Below, piece by piece: positions 25,061-36,745 of a stretch of DNA of 64,000 bases. Every line of letters begins with the position of its first letter. The first letter of the stretch is position 1. This DNA is from Mobula hypostoma. Lineage: Eukaryota. The DNA is taken from assembly GCF_963921235.1 (NCBI RefSeq), contig NC_086097.1, positions 176,082,001 to 176,146,000 on the forward strand. The letters are read 5' to 3'. The notes beneath the pieces are model-generated. The model did no database searches. It was not told the origin of the DNA and worked only from the letters and a program-made list of their open reading frames with translations. The translations under genes and the position numbers were made by a program.

Positions 25061-28000
25061 CGTGTGTGAGTTTCACTCAGCTGTGCATTATTGGTAGAGC
25101 TGCTACTTCATAGTGCCGGAGATCCTTGGGCACTGAGTAGAGCTTCTCCCTGTGATCATGTGAAATTCCTCAGATATTCCAGTTTCCTTCCATTTCCCAA
25201 AGGCATTCAGTTCGATGGGTTCATTTACATCCTCCTCCTTCTCGCCTTGATCATTGTCATCCTACTTATCAACCAATAAGAAAAAGAATCTGGCCGGGGG
25301 TGAGTTGATAGAAATGTGGGGAGAATAACATAGAGTTTAGGGAGGGTAAGTGCAAAAAAAGGGTACCAGGTGGTCAGCATAGACCCAATGGGCTGAAGGG
25401 CCTTTTTATGCTGTGTGACTCTGTATAGATTTTGATTTATTATTGCCATTTCCAACGAGAAACAATGAAATAATCTTGATTGCTTGCCATCCAGACAGGT
25501 CATTCCACAGAGACAGTACAAAAGGAGAAAAAGGAATGGTTACAGTTACAGTGAAAGCACAGGCAGAGAAATGAAGTACAAGGGGCACAATGAGGTAGAT
25601 TGAGAGATCAACAATAAGAGGTCCATTCAAAAATCTGATAACAGTGGGACAGAAGCAGTACTGGGATAGATCAGCTGAGCATGAAGAATGCCATCCTATG
25701 TCACAGAATTGGCAGTCAGACTGCGACAGAAAAATATCATCCCACGCGCAAGCTCTTTTACTCCTGGGACCTTTAAAATGTAACACTTCAGCTAATTGTA
25801 GATCATCTTTATATTTGAATTTTGTTTGTTTACTTCTTTCAAAAGAAATAATTTCTGGATTCCTCCATGAATAAATCACAGAACATCAAACATTACAGCA
25901 CAGTATTGGAATTGGAGCTGAAACTGGAATCGGTTTATTGTTGTCATATGCACCAAGATGGAGTGAAAATATTTTGCTTGCATGCCGTCCATACAAATCA
26001 TTTCATACAGTACCTAGTACATTGAGAGGAGGTAAAAAGAGAACAAAAATACAGAGTGTATTGCTAGAGCTACAGAGAAAATGTAGAGATAATGATAAGA
26101 GGCATACAGTAGATAGAGGGGGTAGCCAGTACCTTTTCCTCAAGGTGGAAATGCCAAATATAAGTGGGCATAAGCTTAAGTGACTGGAGGAAAGTGTAAC
26201 GAGTATGTTAAAACATTTTTATTTGGGTGCATGGAACACAGTGCAGAGGGTAGTGGTAGAGGCAGATACATTGGGGACATTTAAAGGACTCTTAGATTGG
26301 CAGGTGGTTGACAGCAAAATAGAGGGCTATGTGTAAGGGAAGGGTTAGGTTGATCTTGGAGTAGGTTAAAAGGTCAGCACAACATTGTGTGCCAGGGGGC
26401 TTGTACTGTGCTATGGTGTTCTATGTTCTATGTTCAATGCAGGCAGAAAATATAATGCAAGGACCAAGATGGGTTTGACTGGAGATCAAGAGTTTGGGTT
26501 TTAGGGTGTGAACTCTGTGACTTGGTTCTTGGGAACTAATAAGCTTTACCATAACATTTACAATCAAATTGGTTGCCAGCATTGCCATGCATTCACCCAT
26601 CACATACCTGTTCCTCACAGTAAGGTTCTGGCCTCCCAGAAATTCTTTCTGTTTAGTGTGATGGACAGTCCACTGGGTCTTGCCTTACCCCCTTCCTGAC
26701 TTGACAATAAATACTGGGAAGCTTTCATTCCAAATTCACCACTGCTCAATATTCTCACTCCTTCACAGGATGGAGGATTTCAAAGATTTTGTCAGTTGTC
26801 GAAGACTCTTGCAAATTTCTAGAGATGTATACTGGAGAGCATTTTGACTGGTTGCATCACAGCCTGGTATGGAAATTCCATTGCACCTGAACACAAGAGG
26901 CTACAGAAAATGGTGGTCTTAGCAGCCAGCTCCATCACAGGTACATTGAGAACATCCATGAGCTGATGTTGCAAGAAGGTGACATCAGGGACAGCCTCCC
27001 CCCTACCCCTCCACCACCATCCAGACCATGGACCATGCCCTCTTTTAGATGCTGCATCAAGCAGGCGGTACAGAAAGGTCAAAGTTCATACCTCAAAGTT
27101 CAGCAACAGCTTCTTCCCTACTGATGTCAGATTCTTGTACTGATCAGAGAAACCCTAACACTACCTCAGATATTTTTACTCTCTCTCTCAACTTGCAACT
27201 AATATTGTTATGTTTATTGTCATATTTATACATTATGTATGATTTATGTTGATTTGTTAACTTATGTTTGTCATGTTTATAGGGTAGTGTCCCTGTTGTA
27301 AAAAGCAAATTTCATGGCATTTATACCCTGGTATGTTTGCCCATGACAATAAGCTTGAATTTGAACTGTGGTGCACAGGGACTAACATCAGGATAATCAG
27401 TTCTCCGGAGGTACCTCAACTGAGATAGAGAGTGGAGGATATGGATATGGTCAAAGTGTGGGAAAGACGGATTAGATTAATTGCAAGTCATTGGTTTAAT
27501 TAGTTCAGCACAACATTGTGGGCTGAAGGGCCTGTTCTGTGCAGTACTTTTCTATGTTCTGATATCTCAGGACATACAATTTTCTTTCAGCATCAGGGCC
27601 TATCTGTTACATCAGAGATTTAAGCCCCCTCTCCTTCACGGTGTGAAAATTACTGGTAAATTTGGCATTATTTACTCAAAGAGTGACTTAGGTATAATTC
27701 AGCAACCACCTCCCTCCCACCTGGGTTGTTTCTTCCAGACAGATCCACGAAACCTATTGAGTTTCATGTTACAAATTCCGACCTTTGATCCTGCATCCAC
27801 TGCTATGTAGGCCAAAGACTGGATCCGATCATGGTTTGGAACTTTACATTCATTGCCTGCATACCAACTTGCTGAAACAGCAATTCTGAAACAATGTTAT
27901 AGTGCCTGAGTCACCGTGTTGTTCTCCTGGCTAATGTCTTTCAATGCATTCACGTGGAACATAATAATACTGCCTATTATAGGTGTAGGCATGACAGACA

Positions 28001-28809
28001 GAGCTTTCAAGTACAGAAGTATCATTGTCATGATATCCCCTGGGTGTGTCTAACTGCGGAATGGCTCAGAACAATAACCTGACAGGTCAATTCCAGAATG
28101 AACAAAAGTTTCAAAAGATAGCAAGCACAGTTAAAGCCCTGAAGAACAAACAGTTCTGACTATGTTAAGAAATCAGTCAACTCCTTTCCTTAAGGGCTGG
28201 TAGTTAAGGGTGCTTTCCCTGTTTCATCAGCCAGACAGAACTAAACTGAACACTGGGGCATCAGATTTGTGAATGTGTTCACGCTTACAATACTATTTGC
28301 ATGTTTCTAGCTCAGCACATCAATATATCTCTACACATGAGTCAAAAGAAATAGGAAAGAACAGGGAACAACTATGCAATTACTTAGTCCATAGAACAAC
28401 ACATTATGGGCCCTTCAGCCACAATGTTGTGCCATCCCATATAAATCTGCTCAGTGACCAATCTGACCCTTCTCTCCTAGATAATCCATAACCCTCCATC
28501 TTTCTTAGATCCATGTGCCGATCTTAAGAGTCTTTAAAAAGTTCCTTTTGTTTCAAACTCTACGAGCGCATAACAATTTAGCTTATGATTTCTAGAGCAA
28601 CTAGCAAGCATAATCACAAATCTGTCTCCTGTGACAAGGCAGATATTATTAACCTAACAACAGTAAACCATTAACATTTGTCAATATTGACTCTGCATTA
28701 AGCTATTTAGAGATAATGCACAAAACTAATCTTGGACGCTGTCAGTCATTGCATTAAGATAAAGTTTCATTCAAGATGATTTGATTTCTTGGTCAATGAC
28801 CTAGTCACT

Positions 28810-29880
28810 GAAGAGTACATAACAGATGATCTCACCTGGTCCCCCAACAACACTTCTTTAGTCAAGAAAGCACAACAGTGTTTCCATGTGCTGTGGAAAG
28901 TGAAGCGGTGAGGCTTCCCACCCCCAGCCCCATCATTCTAACAAATTTTTATAGGATTACAATTGATAGTGTCCTATTCAGCTGCATCACCAGCAGGTTT
29001 GGGAATTGAAAGGCACCTACTTTCAAGGGATGGTGAGGACAGCTAAGAGGATCTTCGTGTTCTCTCTTCCACCCATCAGAGATATTTATCAGGAGCATTG
29101 CATACACAGGACCCTTAGCATTGTCATGGATCCCTCCTATCCATCCCACAATCTCATTGATCCCTACTATCAGGTAGGAGGTACCATAGCACTAGGGCAA
29201 GGACAGCTAAGATGGGAAACAGCTTGTTCCCGGAGGCCGTAAGACTGCTAAGTTGCCTGCCAACACCCAGGTCTCATGTATGAAGTGCCAGTAGCCTTAT
29301 ACAGTTTACTTTTTAACTTGTGTTGTAAATGCACCTCATCATTTGTTAATTTATTTGTGGTGATGTTATTTTATTGTTGCGTGTGAGTTACAGGTACTGT
29401 GTTGTATACTTTAATCCAGCGGCACATTGTTTTGTTTGGTGGTGTACTTTATGTGTTGTGTGTGAGTTACCTGTACTATGTTGTATACTTTGGACCAAAG
29501 GAACATTGTTTTGTTTGGTGGTGTACTTCATGTGTTGTGTGTGAGTTCTCTGTACTGCATTGTACACTTTGGTCCAGAGGAACATTGTTTTGTTTGGTGG
29601 TGTACTTCATGTGTTGTGTGTGAGTTACCTGTACTGTGTTGTATACTTTGGACCAAAGGAACATTGTTTTGTTTGGTGGTGTACTTTATGTGTTGTGTGT
29701 GAGTTACCTGTACTATGTTGTACACTTTGGTCCAGAGGAACATTGTTTTGTTTGGTGGTGTACTTCATGTGTTGTGTGTGAGTTCTCTGTACTGCATTGT
29801 ACACTTTGGTCCAGAGGAACATTGTTTTGTTTGGCAGTGTACAGATCTAGGGATGAGTGACAATAAACTTGAACTTGAAT
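28810..29880 (+). mobile_element. Rex1/Babar-type 3' fragment with expanded 3' UTR
   Basis: DDLTWS..., IDSVLFSCIT remnants; GACAATAAACTTGAACTTGAA tail. Confidence 0.75.
29374..29842. repeat. 79-bp minisatellite, about 6 units
   Basis: Units start at 29374, 29453, 29532, 29611, 29690 and 29769; explains the staggered near-identical ORFs in the track. Confidence 0.95.
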
Positions 29881-32078
29881 AGTAACTGATTGTCACCAAC
29901 AATAAACTGATAATTTCTGTACTTCTTCCTTCGAACATAGAACACAAAACATAGAAGAGTGCAGCACAGGATCAGGCCATTCAGCCCATTGAGTACTAGC
30001 TCAATGCACTGTGATGATGTGATCTGTATGAACAGTAAGCAAGATAATCTTTTCACTGTCTCAGTACATTTGACAATAATAAACCAATTCCAAATCCAAT
30101 TCCAATGTCTGTGTTAGCCATGATGACCGTCTAACATCTAATCTGCCTGCAAAGTTCCCTATCCGTCCATTCCCTGCCTGTTCATGTGTCTGTCTAAGTA
30201 TCTTATATATGTTGCTGATATATCTATTTCCACCACCTCCCCTGCTAGCATGCTCCAGGCACCTGGCACTCTCTGGGTAAAAAAATCTTACCTTGTAAAT
30301 CTCTTTAAACTTTTCTCCTCTAACTTATGCCCTCTAGAATTTGACAATTCCAACCCCATCAAAAGTTCCCATATTTTTCACGACTTAGAATGGAGATGAG
30401 GAGGAATTTCTTTAGCCAGAGGTGGCAAATCTGTGGAATTCTTTGCCTGAGGCAGCTGTAGAAGCTGGGTCTTTATGTATATTTAAGGCAGAGGTTGATA
30501 AATTCTTGATTGGTCAGGGCATGAAGGGATACAGGGAGAAGGCAGGAGATTGGGGTTGACAGGAAAATAAATCAGCCATGATGAAATGGCAGAGCAGACT
30601 CGATAGGTCAAATGGCCTAATTCTGCTCTTATATCTTATGGTCTTAAAGGAGACCAATTAGTGCATTGAATCTTCATCATCTCTCAGAGTTTCCCTATTA
30701 ACCCCATTCCATCTGCAACTCGTTCTCTTTTACTTGCCCATTGACCCTTCGCTGATTGTACTGTCATCCAGCTCCACCAGAGGAGCCATAGAAAACATTC
30801 TAACTGTATGCATAATGACTTGGTATGACAACTGTTCTGCATATGAAGAAAAGCAAGGTTTAAAAACTTTTTACATTCTTAATGTCAATGGTGAATATAT
30901 TCAGTATTGTTAACCCATTTTCGTACATAGCAACATTACCACTTGCATGACCCTCTGGGCTGATGCACCTTTTCATTGAAGAGTGACCCCACCCAATACA
31001 GCCCCTTCATATCTAATAGCAGAAAGAGTCCAAACTGTAGTCATTCCACAAAGAGCCTTTGCATTGCCTGCACTGAACTTCAGTGCACTTCTCCTGAAGC
31101 CTGGATATGCCAGTTGGCACCATTCCCTTACAGATACCTCCCTGTGCTGGAAGACCAGCAAGTTTTGGGCAGACTAGAGGACATCTTGCCCAAAATTCAT
31201 GATCTTTCAGCAGCATGATGTCTGTCTCGGTGAGCCTTGACTTAGCTCAACCCCATGAACAACCCATAGGTCAGAGAGTACTACCTCTCACTATCACTGA
31301 TGTCCCTCTGGTATAGTAATCTTGCTCTGAGGTCTTCAGCTTTATTTTCCAGTGACTGTACGTTTGCCAGCAGGATAGTTAGTTGGTAGTGGAAGTCTAA
31401 GACTGCTTTGTTTCAATTATATCTGTAAGCTTTTCTTTTCTTCTTGACTAGATTTACTACAGCCTTTGTACACCATGATTCCTGTACCCTACTATAATTT
31501 CCCTGTCTCCTTGGAACGTACCTGTGCAGAACTCCACACAAATATCCCCTGAACATTTGCCACATTTCTTCCGTACCTTTCCCTGAGAACATCTGTTCCC
31601 AATTTAAGCTTCCTATTTCCTGCCTGATAGCCTCATAATTCCCCTTACTCCAATTAAACGCTTTTCTAATTTGTCTGTTCCTATCTCTCTCCAATGCTAT
31701 TGTAAAGGAGATAGAATTATGATCACTATCTCCAAAATGCTCTCCCACTGAGAGATCTGACACCTGACCAGGTTCATTTCCCAATACCAAATCAAGTACA
31801 GCCTCTCCTCTTTTAGGCTTATCTACATATTGTGTCAAGAAACCTTCCTGAACACACCTAACAACCTCCACCCCATCTAAATTCCTTGCTCTAGGGAGAT
31901 GCTAATCAATATTTGGGAAATTAAAATCTCCCACCACGACAACTGTGTTATTATTACACCTTTCCAGGATCTGTTTCCCTACCTGCTCCTCGATATCTAT
32001 TGGGCAGCCTAAAAAACACCTAGCAGAGTTATTAACCCCTTCCTGTTCCTAACCTCCACCCACAGAGACTCCATAGAC

Positions 32079-32833
32079 CAGACGTCCCCAAGCTTTTTTG
32101 CACCGCGGACCGGTTTAATATTGACAATATTCTTGTGGACCTGTTGACTGGGGTTGGGGGGTGGTGTTCAAGTAGGGTTAAACTCACCTCAACATGTCTT
32201 TTACAGTTAGAGTTGCCAACTTTCTCACTCCCAAATAAGGGACAAAAGTAGCAGTCAAATCCCAGGACACGTTACCCCAGGAAAGACTACCATGACCATG
32301 AAGCCTTTCGCGGGCACCTGTGTGCGCATATGTGTACATGCCAATTTTTTCTCCACAAATCGGTTTTGCCTTCATCTTCCCAACTACACTGTACATACAT
32401 TATTTCTACTTTATTTAGGCTGTGTATTTATCATATCATTCCTGCTTTTACTATATGTTAGTGTTATTTATTTTCTGTTTTATGTGTTATTTGGTATGAT
32501 TTGTTATGTTTTTTTTGGCTCTGGGAACGCTCAATAATTTTTCCCATATAAATTAATGGTAATTGCTTCTTTGTTTCACGCCATTTCGGCACGAAAGATT
32601 TCATAGGAACGCTCTACCTTAGTGGGGGAAATACAGGACAAGGGGGTGGTCCCATATGGGACAAACCAATTTAGCCCAATATATGGATGTCCTGGCATAT
32701 GCGGGACAGTTGGCAACTCTATGTTCAAGTTCGACAGAGCGTGACAGGGAATGAGGAAAGGTGCAGCTGACTCATATCGTTTCCTCACGGCCTGGGAGCA
32801 CATGATTTGCGGCCCAGTGGCTGGCGACTGCTG
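32079..32833. mobile_element. hAT (Charlie/MER1-like) non-autonomous composite element
   Basis: Perfect 8-bp TSD CCATAGAC (32071-78, 32834-41); degenerate TIRs CAGACGTCCCCAA / CTGGCGACTGCTG. Confidence 0.85.
32173..32721. mobile_element. Nested hAT-type element (TAGRGTT ends)
   Basis: 8-bp TSD TGTTCAAG (32165-72, 32722-29); perfect inverted pair TAGAGTTGCCAAC (32208-20) / GTTGGCAACTCTA (32709-21). Confidence 0.8.
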
Positions 32834-34359
32834 CCATAGACAATCCCTGCATGTCATCCACCTTTTCTGCAGCCGTGACACTATCTCTGATCAACAGTAC
32901 CATGCCCCCACCTCTTCTGCCTCCCTCCCTGTCCATTCTTAACTATCTAAAACCCGGCACTTGAAGTAACCATTCTTGTCCCTGAGCCATCCAAGTCTCT
33001 GTAATGGCCACCACGTCTTAACTCCAAGTACTGATCCATGCTCTGACCTCATCCGCTTTGTTCACAATACTCCTTGCATTAAATAGACACATTTCAAACC
33101 GTTGGTCTGAGCACGTCCCTTCTCTATCACCTGCCTATCCTCCCTCACACACTGTCTCCAAGCTTTCTCTATTTGTGAGCCAACAGCCTCTTCCCCAGTA
33201 TCTTCAGTTCGGTTCTCACCTCCCAACAATTCTAGTTTAAACTCTCCCCAGTAGCCTTAGCAAACCTCCCCGCCAGGATATTGGTCTCCCTGGGATTCAA
33301 GTGCAACTCATCCTTTTTGTACAGGTCACACCTGCCCCCAAAAGAGGTCCCAATGATCCAGAAATCTGAATCCCTGCCCCCTGCTCCAATCCCTCAGCCA
33401 CACATTTATCCTCCACCTCAATCTATTCCTATACTCATTGACATGTGGCACAGGTAGTAATCCCGAGATTACTACCTTTGCAGTCCTGCTTCTCAACTTC
33501 CTTCCTAACTTCCTGTAGTCTGTTTTCAGGACCTCTTCCCTTTTCCTACCTATGTCATTGGTACCAACATGTACCACGACGTCTGGCTGTTCTCCCTCCC
33601 ACTGCAGGAAATTGTGGATGCGATCTGAAACATCCCAGACCCTGGCACCTGGGAGACAAACTACCATCTGAGTTTCTTTTCTGTGTCCACAGAATCACCT
33701 GTCTGACCCCCTAACTATCGAGTCCCCTATCACTACTGCCTTCCTCTTCCTTTCCCTACCCTTCTGAGCCACAGGGCCAGACTCTGTGCCAGAGGCACAG
33801 CCACTGTCGCTTCCCCCAGGTAGGCTGTCCCCCCCAACAGTACTCAAACAGGAGTACTTATTGTTCAGGGGGACAGCCACAGGGGTACTCTCTAGTACAT
33901 GACTCTTTCCCTTGCCTCTCCTGACTGTTACCCACTTGTCTGACTCCCGTGGCCCCGGAGTGACCATCTGCTTATAACTCCTTTCTATCATCTCCTCGCT
34001 CTCCCTGGACAGACGAAGGTCATCGAGCTGCAACTCCAGTTCCCTAACATGGTCCCTTAGGAGGTGCAGCTTGACATATTGGGCGCAGGTATGGCCAACC
34101 AGGGGGCTGGGATACTCCAGGACTTCCCACATCTGACACCGAGAACAGAACACTGGCCTTGCACACATACTTCCTTTTGAAGGACCCATGATTATCCTAG
34201 AATCATAGAAATCTACAGCCCATTACAGGCCCTTTGGCCCACAATTTTGTGCTGACCATGTAACCTACCCAAGAAACCGCATAGCCTTCTATTTTTCTAA
34301 GCTCCATGTACCTATCTAAGAATCTCTTAAAAGACCCTATTGTATTCACCTCTACAACA

Positions 34360-36027
34360 GGAATTCTGCAGATGCTGGAAATTCAAGCAACACACATCAA
34401 AGTTGCTGGTGAACGCAGCAGGCCAGGCAGCATCCCGAGGAAGAGGTACAGTCAACGTTTCAGGCCGAGACCCTTCGTCAGGACTAACTGAAGGAAGAGT
34501 GAGTAAGGGATTTGAAAGTTGGAGGGGGAGGGGGAGATCCAAAATGATAGGAGAAGACAGGAGGGGGAGGGATAGAGCTGAGAGCTGGACAGGTGATAGG
34601 CAAAAGTGGATACGAGAGGATCATGGGACAGGAGGTCCGGGAAGAAAGACAAGGGGGGGGGTTGACCCAGAGGATGGGCAAGAGGTATATTCAGAGGGAC
34701 AGAGGGAGAAAAAGGAGAGTGAGAGAAAGAATGTGTGCATAAAAATGAGTAACAGATGGGGTACGAGGGGGAGGTGGGGCCTAGCGGAAGTTAGAGAAGT
34801 CGATGTTCATGCCATCAGGTTGGAGGTTACCCAGACGGAATATAAGGTGTTGTTCCTCCAACCTGAGTGTGGCTTCATCTTTACAGTAGAGGAGGCCGTG
34901 GATAGACATGTCAGAATGGGAATGGGATGTGGAATTAAAATGTGTGGCCACTGGGAGATCCTGCTTTCTCTGGTGGACAGAGCGTAGATGTTCAGCAAAG
35001 CGGTCTCCCAGTCTGCGTCGGGTCTCGCCAATATATAAAAGGCCACATCGGGAGCACCGGACGCAGTATATCACCCCAGTCGACTCACAGGTGAAGTGTT
35101 GCCTCACCTGGAAGGACTGTTTGGGGCCCTGAATGGTGGTAAGGGAGGAAGTGTAAGGGCATGTGTAGCACTTGTTCCGCTTACACAGATAAGTGCCAGG
35201 AGGGAGATCAGTGGGGAAGGATGGGGGGGACGAATGGACAAGGGAGTTGTGTAGGGAGCGATCCCGGTGGAATGCAGAGAGAGGCGGGGAGGGAAAGATG
35301 TGCTTAGTGGTGGGATCCCGTTGGAGGTGGCGGAAGTTATGGAGAATAATATGTTGGACCCGGAGGCTGGTGGGGTGGTAGGTGAGGACCAGGGGAACCC
35401 TATTCCTAGTGGGGTGGTGGGAGGATGGAGTGAGAGCAGATGTACGTGAAATGGGGGAGATGCATTTAAGAGCAGAGTTGATAGTGGAGGAAGGGAAGCC
35501 CCTTTCTTTAAAAAAGGAAGACATCTCCCTCGTCCTAGAATGAAAAGCCTCATCCTGAGAGCAGATGCGGCGGAGACAGAGGAATTGCGAGAAGGGGATG
35601 GGGTTTTTGCAAGAGACAGGGTGAGAAGAGGAATAGTCCAGATAGCTGTGAGAGTCAGTAGGCTTATAGTAGATATCAGTGGATAAGCTGTCTCCAGAGA
35701 CAGAGACAGAAAGATCTAGAAAGGGGAGGGAGGTGTCGGAAATGGACCAGGTAAACTTGAGGGCAGGGTGAAAGTTGGAGGCAAAGTTAATAAAGTCAAC
35801 GAGTTCTGCATGCGTGCAGGAAGCAGCGCCAATGCAGTCGTCGATGTAGCGAAGGAAAAGTGGAGGACAGATACCAGAATAGGCACGGAACATAGATTGT
35901 CCCACAAACCCAACAAAAAGGCAGGCCTAGCTAGGACCCATACGGGTGCCCATAGCTGGGCATAGCTAGGACCCATACGGGTGCCCATAGCTAGGCATAG
36001 CTAGGACCCATACAGGTGCCCATTGCC
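34360..36027 (-). mobile_element. Young Penelope-like element, 5'-truncated (RT C-terminal half, GIY-YIG, pseudo-LTR)
   Basis: 374-aa ORF 34781-35905: FLRYIDD, FLDL, YYKPTD, VIYCVRCSRCGLLYIGET; inserted in a minus-strand CR1 3' end. Confidence 0.95.
34449..34486 (-). ncRNA. Minimal type-I hammerhead ribozyme (intact core)
   Basis: Minus strand AGTC-CTGACGA-AGG GTCTCGG CCT-GAAA-CG-TT-GACT: stem I AGTC/GACT, CUGANGA and GAAA cores, palindromic CG stem III. Confidence 0.85.
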
Positions 36028-36536
36028 TTTTTGTTCAAGTTTCAAGTTCACTTAAACTATTCTCACAAGGCATGCTCTCCGATCCAGGCAACATCCTTGT
36101 AAATCTCCTCTTCACTCTCTCTATAATATCCACATCCTTCCTGTAGTGAGGTGATCCAGAAGTGAACACAGTTACTCCAAGTGGGCTCTAACTAAGGTCT
36201 TATACAGCTGTAACATTACCTCACGGCTCTTGAACTCAATCCTATGGTTGATAAAGACCATCACTCCATATGCCTTCTTAACAACAGTGTCAACCTGTGC
36301 TTTGAGTGTCCTATGGACACGGACCCCAAGATCTTACTGATCCTCCACACTGCCAAGAGTTTTGCTATTTATATATTCTTTCTTCAAATTTGACCTACCA
36401 AAATGAACTACTTCACACAGATCTGGGTTGAACTCCATCTGGAACTTCTCAGCTCAGTTTTGCTTCCTATCGATGCCCCACTGTAACCTCTGACAGCCCT
36501 CCAGACTGTCCACACAGTTATGACTGTGGATTTCAG

Positions 36537-36745
36537 CCTCCTCAGTACCATCCCTCTCACAGTAAGGTGATCACTCTGTACTACCCCTGCCAGAGTGTAG
36601 TGATGCTTCTGTACAGCCGCTCCCATAGTAAGATTTTCCCTCATTACTGCCCCTCCCACAATGTGATGCTCCCTCAGTACTGGTTCTCCTATGTATGATG
36701 CTCCCTCAGTGCCAACAGTCTCCCACAGTCAGAGGCTCCCTCAGT
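36537..36745. repeat. Degenerate ~30-bp tandem repeat
   Basis: About 7 recurring units of the type CTCCCTCAGTACTG-CCCTCCCACA-TGTGATG. Confidence 0.6.

Larger units (their letters stand above)
31420..34175 (-). mobile_element. CR1 LINE 5' half (ORF1 zinc finger/esterase and ORF2 APE)
   Basis: MCARPVFCSRCQMWE, VVIGDSIVRG, VVHVGTND (SGNH esterase), LDLVL..SDHNSI; same family as 53124-57300. Confidence 0.95.

Noticed and set aside
25406..25879. 157-aa minus-strand ORF
   Set aside because: The C-terminal half runs through a Rex1-like 3' UTR remnant; no recognisable domain or splice context.
29374..29842. CRISPR-like array or repeated small ORFs
   Set aside because: Units are contiguous near-identical 79-mers with no unique spacers, there are no cas genes, and the context is a eukaryotic LINE 3' UTR.
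17560..34175. CR1 3' end (17560-19892) and 5' half (31420-34175) as one element split by 11.5 kb
   Set aside because: Same family and strand, but the RT middle is missing and the interval holds older repeats and unique DNA; independent copies are more likely.
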